Notes: generated by a model not told the origin, from the sequence alone. Counted from the stretch's first letter, positions 9,498-19,058 are shown. The stretch is DNA of 46,956 nt from Candidatus Hermodarchaeota archaeon (GCA_016839805.1 JAEOTO010000025.1:1-46956), one strand, 5' to 3'. Program-made: numbers and translations.

Positions 9498-9965
9498 TCA
9501 CCTATACCCCAGCTTGCTATCCCATGGAGCCACGGTGAATCGCCAAGCACCCCATATCTCATAGGTATATCCGGTCACAACGCCAGCACGGGGAAAAGAA
9601 TGAGAAGTTACCACACCCTGTAACGAACCAACAAAGTACAAAGCAGTGTACCCATTATAAACAAGGCTCAAGTTTTCAATCAACCCATCAGAAAATCTAA
9701 CCACAAAATGCGCAGTATAGGGCAAATCTGGTATCATCGGATCCGGATGTGAAGAATAGAGAAACGTGAAATTCACTGAATGAAACACCACTGAATATGA
9801 AGAATTTTCATTCCAATCATACCGTGCACTCAAGAGACACAAACCCCCCTGCTCCGGCAACACAACCACCCCAAATAAGACTGGCACTACCAAGAAACCT
9901 AGAAGCACAACTACCATCACTATAACAACAATCACAGACTGCCTCAACCGTCTCTTCTTCACCAA
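9498..9965 (-). CDS. hypothetical N-terminally anchored membrane protein
   Basis: Basic N-terminus, long Val-rich TM, beta-rich domain; GGTGG RBS. Confidence 0.65.
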   Translation of the reverse strand: MVKKRRLRQSVIVVIVMVVVLLGFLVVPVLFGVVVLPEQGGLCLLSARYDWNENSSYSVVFHSVNFTFLYSSHPDPMIPDLPYTAHFVVRFSDGLIENLSLVYNGYTALYFVGSLQGVVTSHSFPRAGVVTGYTYEIWGAWRFTVAPWDSKLGYR

Positions 9966-10223
9966 ACCGCCACCAACACTCCAATGAAACCAGACTAAAA
10001 TTGTATAATAACACTAAATTAAAAAAACTCCGTTCAAGGCAGTATGTGAGTAATTCTTCAATTTGGAGGTCACAAAATGTGACTAGAAAAAGCGAACCTA
10101 AGGGTTCATCTTTTCACCTCTTTTAGCTGGTTTTTAGCGTATTTAGTAACTGACCGGCTCCCGTGAATATATGTGCCTGGTTTCCTATGTCATGACTGCC
10201 GCAACAAGTGTATGGTGATGAAA

Positions 10224-10382
10224 GTGGCATTCTTTAAGAGAAAGAAGAAAGAAAAGAAAGTGCACTTCGACAGAATCTCTGTCGGAGAAAGAGCAGCCTT
10301 AGGCTGTCGTAACCCCCACCCCACAACAGGGTTCCAACGTGCATATAAGATCATGACTTCTCGAAAAGGCGAAAGATGGTAG
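10224..10382 (+). CDS. putative ~52-aa basic peptide (start GTG 10224 or ATG 10218), or a structured RNA
   Basis: GGTGA RBS at 10214; (M)AFFKRKKKEKKVHF...; strong terminator downstream. Confidence 0.5.
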   Translation: MAFFKRKKKEKKVHFDRISVGERAALGCRNPHPTTGFQRAYKIMTSRKGERW

Positions 10383-10443
10383 CTGTCAAAGCTAACCTAG
10401 CGCTTTACGCTGATAGACTGTGGGGATGGGCTGATCCCCCTCT

Positions 10444-10494
10444 TCATTCATTCGTTGTGGACGCACAGCGGATGAATGATTTTTTCTCTTTTTA
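10444..10494 (+). terminator. 16-bp hairpin followed by U-tract
   Basis: TCATTCATTCGTTGTG-GACG-CACAGCGGATGAATGA (two G:U pairs, which pair only on the + strand), then TTTTTTCTCTTTTT. Confidence 0.75.
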
Positions 10495-10552
10495 TAACTT
10501 TGAAGGACTTGATAGTTTTAAAGGAGGAACCTTCAAGGTGAGTTGAACTGGA

Positions 10553-11572
10553 ATGAAATCGATCAACGTACTTTTTTTGTGGAAGGTCCCGGTTCAACTT
10601 CAACACTATCTAAAGGAGCAACTCGGGGAAATTGATAATCTTAATCTGCTTTTTCCGAAAGAAGATGAAGAGTCCGAGTTTATTTCATTAGCATCTGAAG
10701 CACAAGTAATTGTAGGGTGGCGCCCGTCACAGGAACTTTTAGATTGTGCAAACCAGTTGAAGCTATTCATTTTCCCTGGAGCTGGCGTCCAACATCTTCT
10801 CGAATGGTTTAGAGGCCAGGGTCAAACTCGTGGAGTGGTGTTAGTGAATGGTCATAGCAACGCCTATTTTGTAGCCCAACATGCCATTGCCCTTTTGTTA
10901 GCAGTATTGAATAAAATTATCCCACACCATGAGTGGATGGCAAAAGGTGAATGGCGGAAAGGTGATGTCGATGCTAAAACCATTCCACTCTGGAAGCGAA
11001 AAGTGGGGCTGTTGGGATATGGAGCAATCAATCAGAAGGTTCACCAACTTCTTACCCCATTTGATGTAGAATTTGCCATATTACGACGGAACTGGGAAGG
11101 CAAAGACGAGCGTTTGTTATCACCTGTGAAGAAGTATAATCCCTCGCAATTACACGAATTCCTTGCCAGTATAAACACACTCATTATCGCTATCCCGTTA
11201 ACTGCTGAAACAACTGGAATGATTGGCAGTGAAGAACTAAACCTGTTAGGCCAAGACGGTGTTCTTGTGAATGTTGCCCGAGGAGACGTAGTCGACCAAA
11301 AGGCCCTATATGGTGCCCTCTCACAGAACAAAATCGCTGGTGCCGCCATTGATGTATGGTACACCTACAAACCTGAACCCGACGAAGAAGGTCGGAGATA
11401 TCCCTTTGAAGAGCCATTCCAAACCTTAGACAACGTGGTATTTTCTCCCCATCGAGCCGCATCCCCCTTTGATGATCTAGATCGATGGGGTGAAGTTATT
11501 GAGAATATTACTCGGTTCGCCCAGAGACGAACTGATTTCATGAATGTTGTTGATCTGATACGCGGTTATTAA
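10553..11572 (+). CDS. D-isomer-specific 2-hydroxyacid dehydrogenase
   Basis: VGLLGYGAI, LVNVARG, AAIDVW and SPH motifs. Confidence 0.9.
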   Translation: MKSINVLFLWKVPVQLQHYLKEQLGEIDNLNLLFPKEDEESEFISLASEAQVIVGWRPSQELLDCANQLKLFIFPGAGVQHLLEWFRGQGQTRGVVLVNGHSNAYFVAQHAIALLLAVLNKIIPHHEWMAKGEWRKGDVDAKTIPLWKRKVGLLGYGAINQKVHQLLTPFDVEFAILRRNWEGKDERLLSPVKKYNPSQLHEFLASINTLIIAIPLTAETTGMIGSEELNLLGQDGVLVNVARGDVVDQKALYGALSQNKIAGAAIDVWYTYKPEPDEEGRRYPFEEPFQTLDNVVFSPHRAASPFDDLDRWGEVIENITRFAQRRTDFMNVVDLIRGY

Positions 11573-11731
11573 CTACCTCTAAACATGAAAACGCCTCAAA
11601 GAATAACTCTAAAGAACTGAAATTAATGGGTACAATTAGGTCCATTAATCCGTCTAAAAAAATCTCTAAAAAGAAATGATTATTGACCAATTATGATCAT
11701 GTAAAAATAAATTTTTGAGATTTTGCTTTGA

Positions 11732-11944
11732 CTATTTATCCTTAGGTATAGTCATAGGTTTCCTCTTTGGTGGAGTCTTGGGCTTAGGTGGAGCCTTCGA
11801 TTCTTCGGGCATTTGAACAATTACCTTGTGTAAAACAGCTAACCGTAAAACATCTCCTTCCTTTAGCTTAGCACTATCGATCAACCATTGTGGAAGCTGA
11901 ATTTTGTTCCCTTTTGTTACGCTAGCATTAAACTCGATCATCAT
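11732..11944 (-). CDS. AbrB/MazE/SpoVT-like small DNA-binding protein with Pro/Lys tail
   Basis: V.K.NKIQLP.......LKEGD.L.L pattern; GGTGA RBS. Confidence 0.65.
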   Translation of the reverse strand: MMIEFNASVTKGNKIQLPQWLIDSAKLKEGDVLRLAVLHKVIVQMPEESKAPPKPKTPPKRKPMTIPKDK

Positions 11945-12119
11945 AGCTCACCAGGATAAGACCTTTCCATATGGTCCTTCTAACCATGGATTAACCCCTA
12001 TTTAAGGAGCCCGTGCATCTCTACGAAAATGAGTCTCTTCTAAAGGTCTTCGAAACCCCTTTGTACCTCCTTCAAAGGAAAAGCTCTTTTCTCCTGGTGG
12101 ATAACAGCTCAAGGCTAAG

Positions 12120-13025
12120 GTGATTACCGTGCAAATACTTCCCTATGTTCAAACTAGCGTGTTTGTTGATGATCGCTACTTATTTGGTGGGAATCAACTC
12201 GCTACCTTTTGGAATAAAAAAGAAAATGCGCAAATTAAGGTTAAAACCATGCAAGGAATCGCATTGGAAATGAATTTCTCGGAAACCACATTTATTGAAG
12301 AGTCCAGCATCAACAATTGCTCCGCAAAAGTACGCATTTTTACACCTGCTAAAGAAATCCCCTTTGCAGGGCATCCCGCCTTAGGAACGGCCTTTGTCCT
12401 TAAACACACAAAGCTAGTAGAATCCTCAATTACTGAGACCAACCTAGAATTAGGAATTGGTGCTATAACCGTTGAGTATCTCTCTCCTAATATTGTTCGA
12501 ATGATTCAACCCGATCCCAAATTTCTGGATGAATTCACCGACCAGTTTGCTATAGCTAGAACAGTGAATCTCCCAGTATCGACAATCTCAACCCAATATC
12601 CAATGCAGTATGTGAGTACAGGAACACCTTTTCTCATTATCCCACTGACTTCTCTAAAGGCCCTTCAACAAGCCCAACCTAATAGCTCACTAATCCTTCA
12701 GACACTTAGGAATCAACTTACTACGAAAATCGTGTTATTATGCACTGAGACTGTGAACCCAGATTCGGATGTTCATGTACGAATGTTCGCTCCGGATGTA
12801 GGTGTCATTGAAGACCCTGCAACTGGAAGCGCCGCGGGACCAATCGGAGCCTACGTTGAACAGTATAATCTGCTTCAACGAGATACGAAAGGTGAACCGG
12901 TTATCATTGAACAGGGGTATGAAATTAGACGCCCGAGCCAACTTATTGCCGAAGTTGTCAGTAAAAACGTATTAGTGTCAGGAAAAGTGAAACTCGTCGC
13001 AGAGGGAAACTTTCACGTGGACTGA
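12120..13025 (+). CDS. PhzF family epimerase/isomerase
   Basis: GGNQLA, EMNFSETTF, RIFTP..EIPFAGHP, EDPATGSA. Confidence 0.92.
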   Translation: MITVQILPYVQTSVFVDDRYLFGGNQLATFWNKKENAQIKVKTMQGIALEMNFSETTFIEESSINNCSAKVRIFTPAKEIPFAGHPALGTAFVLKHTKLVESSITETNLELGIGAITVEYLSPNIVRMIQPDPKFLDEFTDQFAIARTVNLPVSTISTQYPMQYVSTGTPFLIIPLTSLKALQQAQPNSSLILQTLRNQLTTKIVLLCTETVNPDSDVHVRMFAPDVGVIEDPATGSAAGPIGAYVEQYNLLQRDTKGEPVIIEQGYEIRRPSQLIAEVVSKNVLVSGKVKLVAEGNFHVD

Positions 13026-13050
13026 AAGCTATTATGGCCAAGAGCTGAAG

Positions 13051-14244
13051 ATGTTGATCAATTCGATCTCCTATCCCCCGAACACTGCACAATTCAGCGA
13101 AGAACTCAGACTATATTTAACTGAACTTTTTGGAGCCACACGAAGCCATCAACTTGGAATTTCTCTCCGCCAACCTGGAAGCTTCTTCTATCTACGCGCA
13201 AATACGCTACGAACGACAACTAAAGAATTAATTGCTCAGTTGCAAGCTGAAAACGTCTCTGCAATCATTGCTGATCCTGAATTAAAAGCTGTAGCCCTTC
13301 CCATTCATCCTGGCGCGCCTGTCCCCAAACATAACAAAATCGTTGTTGCTGACAAAGCTAGCAGTGAAAACGTTCTCCTAGGAAGTCATCTATATCGACC
13401 AGGGATTGTTCGTGCAGACCGTTTTTCTGAAGGAGATGATGTCACAATAGTAAATCCACGTGGATACATTGTGGGCAGTGGAATCGTACAAACGAATAGT
13501 TCCCAACTTCCCACACAAAAACACGGGCTAGTTGTGAAGATAACAGACCCTTTTTACTCACTTCCAAGCTTAGCGGACTTGATCGCTTATCAAGAAGGTC
13601 TGTTTTATTCTCAGTCTCTCTCTGCCATGCTCGTGGCACCAATTCTCGATCCTCAACGAGGGGAAACCATCATCGATTTTTGTGCAGCTCCCGGAGGAAA
13701 AAGTACGCATATCGCCCAATTAACCAAGAATCAATGCCACCTGTTCTCAGTGGATCGATCAGAGAAACGCCTCGAACGGATGATGGCTGAATCGGAGCGC
13801 TTAGGAATTACCTGTATCACACCCTTTGTTGGGAGAGCTAAAGAATTCGTGGTAGAACACGCCCACGTACAAGCAGATCGGGTATTAGTAGATCCACCAT
13901 GCACGGCCTTAGGAGTGCGTCCTAAACTCTACGATGAGACTACGATGACCCGAATTCAGAGTACGGCTTCTTATCAACGGATGATTCTGGAATCTGCCGA
14001 AACTTTACTTCGACCTGGCGGAGTCTTGGTTTACTCTACCTGCACGCTTACTGTGGAAGAAAATGAACACAATATTCAGTACCTGATTGATAGCCAGGGA
14101 TTCAGGTTAGAATCTCAAACACCATATAAGGGAATGCAGGGACTGGTTGGATCCCCTCTTCTCAAACAGTATGTCCAACGCATCTACCCAGATCTTCACG
14201 ATTTACCAGGATACTTCATTGCAAAGCTTCGGAAACCAGAATAA
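13051..14244 (+). CDS. RsmB/NOP-family RNA m5C methyltransferase with PUA domain (NSUN6-like)
   Basis: PUA insert before DFCAAPGGKS; DPPCTALG and YSTCT motifs. Confidence 0.9.
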   Translation: MLINSISYPPNTAQFSEELRLYLTELFGATRSHQLGISLRQPGSFFYLRANTLRTTTKELIAQLQAENVSAIIADPELKAVALPIHPGAPVPKHNKIVVADKASSENVLLGSHLYRPGIVRADRFSEGDDVTIVNPRGYIVGSGIVQTNSSQLPTQKHGLVVKITDPFYSLPSLADLIAYQEGLFYSQSLSAMLVAPILDPQRGETIIDFCAAPGGKSTHIAQLTKNQCHLFSVDRSEKRLERMMAESERLGITCITPFVGRAKEFVVEHAHVQADRVLVDPPCTALGVRPKLYDETTMTRIQSTASYQRMILESAETLLRPGGVLVYSTCTLTVEENEHNIQYLIDSQGFRLESQTPYKGMQGLVGSPLLKQYVQRIYPDLHDLPGYFIAKLRKPE

Positions 14245-14251
14245 TTTAAAA

Positions 14252-14956
14252 TTAAGGTGCCCATCCTTCTTTTCCTATAAGGGGTACAAACGCAACCGAC
14301 ATCTGTTTTCTTTCCTTTACATTTCCCTGTTTATCCTTAGATATCAACAGTAAATCTTGCCAGAAATGATGACGCCCTACGGGAATAAGTAGAAGCCCTT
14401 CAACCTTCAACTGGTCGATTAGCGGTTGAGGAGTGTGTGGCGCTGCGGCTGCCACCATTATTCGATCATAAGAGGCTTCATCAGGATAACCTAATGTGCC
14501 ATCTGCCTCAATGACAGTTACCCGGTCGGAATAACCAGCACGTTTGAGATTCTTCTGCGCAAAATTAACTAACGCGGATTTCCGTTCAATTGTGATTACA
14601 TGCCCGGAAAGTGGTTTTCCAGTGGGGGATACTACCTCAGCAACTAATGCTGCATGATACCCTGACCCAGCTCCAACCTCAAGTACTTTCATACCTTTTT
14701 CAAGCTGTAAGAGCTCAAGATAAATTAGGCACATATGAATTGCTGAGATGGTTTGCCCTTCACCAATAGAAAGCGGTGTATCTACATACGCATCACGAAC
14801 AAGGTGATTGGGGACAAATAGTTCACGTGGAACAGCACGATAAGCTCGCTTGGTTTCCTCAAGTGACACTGTGCCCGAGGCAATCAATCGTTGTAACGTG
14901 GACTCCTTCATTTCTGCCAAACGATTCGACTCATTTGAAGTCGTATAATCACCCAC
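14252..14956 (-). CDS. pcm: protein-L-isoaspartate O-methyltransferase
   Basis: VPRELFVP, GQTISA, LEVGAGSGY, YDRI.V.AA, VAFVPL. Confidence 0.93.
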   Translation of the reverse strand: MGDYTTSNESNRLAEMKESTLQRLIASGTVSLEETKRAYRAVPRELFVPNHLVRDAYVDTPLSIGEGQTISAIHMCLIYLELLQLEKGMKVLEVGAGSGYHAALVAEVVSPTGKPLSGHVITIERKSALVNFAQKNLKRAGYSDRVTVIEADGTLGYPDEASYDRIMVAAAAPHTPQPLIDQLKVEGLLLIPVGRHHFWQDLLLISKDKQGNVKERKQMSVAFVPLIGKEGWAP

Positions 14957-15002
14957 CCACGTTCCACCAAACTATTTGTATTCCTCTTCTAAATAATCAA
15001 CT

Positions 15003-15449
15003 ATGGTGACGAAAATGCCAATACATTTTACCATGACTGCTAGAGGTCATGAGAATATTCGGGCCACACATCAGTCAACCTTCGAACTCACCACCGAATC
15101 GCATTTAACACTTCAAGGTGATTGCATCGTTGGCGTTGGAACCACGCACTCAGTTTCCATGCTTAATTCAATTTTCGGAGACGCGTTACGAAGCCCTGGC
15201 AGTCGTATTCATACCAAATTAACAATCGGTGAGATCACCGAAAAAATTCAGGGATATGGTTCTCCTCAACTCAAGCTTACAGACCCAAATTCAATTGTAT
15301 GGCGTAAAAGTAACTTCATTGATGAACGAACCATTGCAATCGGATGTAATAAATCTGCCAAGGATTTTAACCGCAATCTAATCAAAGCACTTCAAACCTC
15401 GAAGGCAATACTTCACGTAAGCATTGCCATTTACTCAGGAATCACTTGA
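15003..15449 (+). CDS. DUF371 family protein
   Basis: ARGHENIRATH.STFELT....LT..GDCIVG and RKSNF..RT motifs. Confidence 0.88.
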   Translation: MVTKMPIHFTMTARGHENIRATHQSTFELTTESHLTLQGDCIVGVGTTHSVSMLNSIFGDALRSPGSRIHTKLTIGEITEKIQGYGSPQLKLTDPNSIVWRKSNFIDERTIAIGCNKSAKDFNRNLIKALQTSKAILHVSIAIYSGIT

Positions 15450-16495
15450 AGATCTAATACAACTTGATTTTCATGAGGAGCTGACGGACGTACGATACGT
15501 GATTTTTGAATAGTAGCTTTATAACCCTGGTTCGTAAGTTGTGCTAAAACTTCAGCACTAAGCATTTCCAGAGATTGGGTTTGGCTAGTTATTCCATAGA
15601 AATGTATGGTTCCCCCACGCTTTTTGGTGGCTATTGCTGCGACATCCAGATAAGAAAAGGCATCATGTGGGAGATTCATGATGACTCGATCAGCCACACC
15701 GACAAGTCGCTCCTGAACGATATTCCGCACATCACCAACGAGGGGAATGATTCTGCCGGTTAGCCGATTGAGTGTAAGGCTCTTTTCAAGGCATTTAATT
15801 GCCTGGTTGTTGATGTCGATGGCATACACTGTAACAGGTTGACGATTCGCGGCTAGAAGAGCGAAGGGTCCTACGCCTGTAAACATGTCCACAAGAACTT
15901 CATTTGGCTGGATCAATCCAGTTACGCGGTCGTGTTCTGTGCCTAGTCGAGGACTAAAATAGGTCTGAGTCACGTCAATCGCAAGTTGAACACCATATTC
16001 CGTGTGTATGGTCGTAGCCTGTGCTTTTCCAGCTATTAGACGAAGGGGTCGAATCCGACGTATCCCAGTAATTCCCCCTTCCTTCACATAGACTGTTGTT
16101 ACTCGTGAATTTACTTCCATGATCGCCTCCCCTATCACTGATTCATAGGGTGTCACAGGCGTATCTAATTCAACGACGGCAATTTCTCCGATGATATCTA
16201 ATGAATGCGGGATTGATTCTATCAAAGGGACTGGAAGTTTTCCCTCCAAGGCGGTGACAAGGTCAGGAGGTTTTCGGTTAAATGGTTCCAGTTCCTTCTC
16301 CACGAGTTTCAGTTCCTTTGAGATATGCGTAAATTTCGATAATTGACTTTCAGGGATTTCATACCGTAGAGGAAAAAACAACAAATCATTCTTTTTCGTA
16401 ATGGGAAACTCTATGTCAAGAAGTTCCTCTTCAATGAGAAGCTGCCGTAATCGTTCTCCCAGGCTTTGTTCAACCTGAATACAAACCTTTCTCAT
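15431..16495 (-). CDS. trm5: tRNA (m1G37) methyltransferase, Trm5 family
   Basis: DIIGEIA, YFSPRL..E, DMFTGVGPF, DRVIMNLP. Confidence 0.9.
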   Translation of the reverse strand: MRKVCIQVEQSLGERLRQLLIEEELLDIEFPITKKNDLLFFPLRYEIPESQLSKFTHISKELKLVEKELEPFNRKPPDLVTALEGKLPVPLIESIPHSLDIIGEIAVVELDTPVTPYESVIGEAIMEVNSRVTTVYVKEGGITGIRRIRPLRLIAGKAQATTIHTEYGVQLAIDVTQTYFSPRLGTEHDRVTGLIQPNEVLVDMFTGVGPFALLAANRQPVTVYAIDINNQAIKCLEKSLTLNRLTGRIIPLVGDVRNIVQERLVGVADRVIMNLPHDAFSYLDVAAIATKKRGGTIHFYGITSQTQSLEMLSAEVLAQLTNQGYKATIQKSRIVRPSAPHENQVVLDLQVIPE

Positions 16496-16509
16496 GGTGG
16501 CTGTCCTGC

Positions 16510-16896
16510 TCAGGGGCTGCTGGAGGATTCACCCGTACTTTCATCCTCTGATGGCGCATCACGAAAGATCTTCACGCGACTTGGTGCAAGGATGATGTAC
16601 CGGTTACCAAGTTGTCCTATATCACCATCAACACTGATACACACAGCACGAAGCTGTTCCACGGCGCGTTTTAACTGTAATTGCAGTTCAGTTCCCTGTT
16701 GAACGAGAGGTGAGACATCCATTACTACAAGATTACCTTTTCGAATTTCCTCAGAAATGGTTGTTACATCCATTAATCCCGTAAGTTCCATAAATCGAAC
16801 ATACATAGAAGCCGCTTCTAAACTAGTACTCGGTGTAGCTTCAACCTTTTCAGGCTCGGATTCCTTTCCTTTCTTTTTTCGACCGAATGGGCTCAA
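16510..16896 (-). CDS. sepF: cell division protein SepF
   Basis: GNLVVMDVSPL...LKRAVEQL...GDIGQLG..YIILAP..VKI. Confidence 0.85.
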   Translation of the reverse strand: MSPFGRKKKGKESEPEKVEATPSTSLEAASMYVRFMELTGLMDVTTISEEIRKGNLVVMDVSPLVQQGTELQLQLKRAVEQLRAVCISVDGDIGQLGNRYIILAPSRVKIFRDAPSEDESTGESSSSP

Positions 16897-16964
16897 CCCG
16901 GATCATCCTCCGTCAATTCTACTAAGCAACGATGAAAAGTGAACTGTAAAAATCCTTCGCCTTC

Positions 16965-17489
16965 TCACTCGGAGAGCTGTTTAGCCAGCTTCCATAACTG
17001 GTCGCCCACATAATGAAGTGATTCGATGGCGCGCCCTCTATTCCTTTCTAGAATCACGTCAGGACTAAGCAGCATACGACCTACCGCTAAAGGCATCAAA
17101 TTTTTCTGATCAATAATCACCACCAGGTCACCTACTTTGAGTTGTTTATCCAGATCAAAGATACCTGGAGCCATCACATCCGCACCATTAGCAATATGGG
17201 CAACCGCTCCCATGTCGACTACAACTTTGGGTAATTCCACATTATTTGCTAACAATACCGGTAATCCAGGAAACAACATATGCTGCTGCTTGACTAGCCA
17301 TAATGTGCCTTTAACCAAATACAATTCTGTTTTATCATCTAACATAATTCGTTCCACTGACACCTTCCCTGAGGGCACCTCTCGTAACGCCTGATGAATC
17401 AATCCCGGACTATTCTCAAAGCCATTCAATAATTTTCGAAGCTCTTTTGTACGAAGGAGAGTTCGGTGCTTAATACGCATAAATCTCAA
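16965..17489 (-). CDS. PUA-domain RNA-binding protein (MCT-1/Tma20-like)
   Basis: VVVDMGAV..IANGADVMAPGI and HYVGD.LW. Confidence 0.9.
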   Translation of the reverse strand: MRFMRIKHRTLLRTKELRKLLNGFENSPGLIHQALREVPSGKVSVERIMLDDKTELYLVKGTLWLVKQQHMLFPGLPVLLANNVELPKVVVDMGAVAHIANGADVMAPGIFDLDKQLKVGDLVVIIDQKNLMPLAVGRMLLSPDVILERNRGRAIESLHYVGDQLWKLAKQLSE

Positions 17490-17569
17490 CTACTCCTATC
17501 ATTGGGGAGTAAACTTTAATAAGGGCTCTTTAGCATGCCAACTGCAATTAGCTGACAGGAGCTAATAAC

Positions 17570-17830
17570 TTGTCTGAAAATCGTCCCATGGATTTACTTG
17601 GTCGGTCATTAAAATCTCAAGTACTCGTAAAACTAAAAGGTGATAGAGAACTGCGAGGTCGACTCCGCGGATATGATCAGCATCTTAATCTCATCCTCGA
17701 TGATGCCGAAGATCTCACAGAACAACCACCCCAAGAACTTGGTACTGTGATTCTTCGTGGTGACAACGTCATCCTCCTGTCTCCTTCCATCAAACCTCAA
17801 GGAAAAAAACCCGCGAAAAAGAAAAAGTGA
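17570..17830 (+). CDS. Sm-like archaeal protein (SmAP1/Lsm)
   Basis: RP.D.L, GYDQHLNL.L.DAE, LRGDNV; conserved linkage to rpl37e. Confidence 0.93.
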   Translation: MSENRPMDLLGRSLKSQVLVKLKGDRELRGRLRGYDQHLNLILDDAEDLTEQPPQELGTVILRGDNVILLSPSIKPQGKKPAKKKK

Positions 17831-17836
17831 TGAGCA

Positions 17837-18022
17837 ATGGGTAAGGGCACTCCTTCCTTTGGAAAAAAGAACAAAAAAACCCACATTCGCTGCCGACGCT
17901 GTGGACGCCGCTCATACCACGTCAGGAAAAAACGATGCGCCGCCTGCGGTTTCGGACAATCCAGCCGTATCCGCCAATACAACTGGGCACGCAAAGACGT
18001 TACTCGCACCCGCCTCGTCTAA
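17837..18022 (+). CDS. rpl37e: 50S ribosomal protein L37e
   Basis: [27 protein letters not shown]. Confidence 0.97.
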   Translation: MGKGTPSFGKKNKKTHIRCRRCGRRSYHVRKKRCAACGFGQSSRIRQYNWARKDVTRTRLV

Positions 18023-18033
18023 TCTTCTTCTGT

Positions 18034-18140
<107 letters not shown>

Positions 18141-18240
18141 TTTCCTTTGATCTCAGGCACTGCTATAGACAAAAACATAAATACTTGCCTAGTTATCCCA
18201 TTGCCGTCCACAACTACTCGCCTTCCCTGAGGCTTGCCGC

Positions 18241-18705
18241 ATGTCACAAGTCTATTACTGGAATACCCCTGAACACGGAGCCCTCCTTCTCATCATTCTG
18301 GGGCTCTTTGGAGCAATTCAAATTTTTCTCTCCTTCGCAGGAGTCTTCATCTACCTAATTGTCTCTCCCATCGTTTTGACTCTCGTTCCACTTGGTGTTG
18401 TCTTGGCTCAAGGTGCAGCCACGGCAGTCCTCGCAAATCTTTTCGCAGTTCGTGTCTTTCCTTACCAACCACAACGAGGCAGCACTCCACTCAGTTCCCT
18501 TCGCGTCTATCTTCGTGGGTTTGCCCTAATCCTTCTCGCCATGGTGATTATCTTGGGAATTTGGGGTGGCTTCTATGTTCTCATCTTCTTTTTTTCCCCG
18601 TGGACGCAAATAGCATATGTCGTTGCTTACATAATTGGGAACACTGCCAGCGCTATCATCGCGCTCACCCTTGTAACGCTTCTTGACTGGCTCTTTCGCC
18701 GCTGA
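18241..18705 (+). CDS. hypothetical 4-TM membrane protein
   Basis: 154 aa, four hydrophobic segments. Confidence 0.7.
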   Translation: MSQVYYWNTPEHGALLLIILGLFGAIQIFLSFAGVFIYLIVSPIVLTLVPLGVVLAQGAATAVLANLFAVRVFPYQPQRGSTPLSSLRVYLRGFALILLAMVIILGIWGGFYVLIFFFSPWTQIAYVVAYIIGNTASAIIALTLVTLLDWLFRR

Positions 18706-18753
18706 AAATATCCTATTCATAACAGAAATGGTCGCGAAGCTAGGAAGAAGAAG

Positions 18754-18894
18754 TGGTGCCGACGGCGTGATTTGAACACGCGACAACGGGATCTCATCCG
18801 CGGCGTCAGAGCCGCCACGCCTTCAGTCCCGCGCTTTCGAGAACGCAGCACAATACCCATAGGCTAGGCTACTCCCGAGCTAAGCTACGTCGGC
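18754..18894 (-). tRNA. tRNA-Phe(GAA) with two introns: 22/23 (36 nt, 18871-18836) and 37/38 (28 nt, 18820-18793)
   Basis: Removing both introns gives a 77-nt cloverleaf GCCGACG...CTGAAGA...CGTCGGCACCA. Confidence 0.88.
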
Positions 18895-18899
18895 ATGTG

Positions 18900-18976
18900 T
18901 GGTGGGCCGGCCGTGATTTGAACACGGGACCTCCGCCGTGTCAGGACGGCGTCATAACCAACTAGACCACCGGCCC
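18900..18976 (-). tRNA. tRNA-Val(GAC)
   Basis: 77-nt cloverleaf, anticodon loop CTGACAC, encoded CCA; 5 nt upstream of tRNA-Phe. Confidence 0.95.
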
Positions 18977-19058
18977 AAGGTATGCAGCATTGCATACGCG
19001 ACCTGTTTCACGCCAGCGACATTTATTATTTTTTCCCATGAACCCGTTTAGGTCTGTG

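Noticed and set aside
10290-10440. RNase P RNA, SRP RNA, ydaO riboswitch or hammerhead ribozyme
   Set aside because: Only fragments resemble these families (GCTAACCT, CTGATAG). RNase P CR I/CR V, SRP helix 8 and the hammerhead CUGAUGA/GAAA core are absent.
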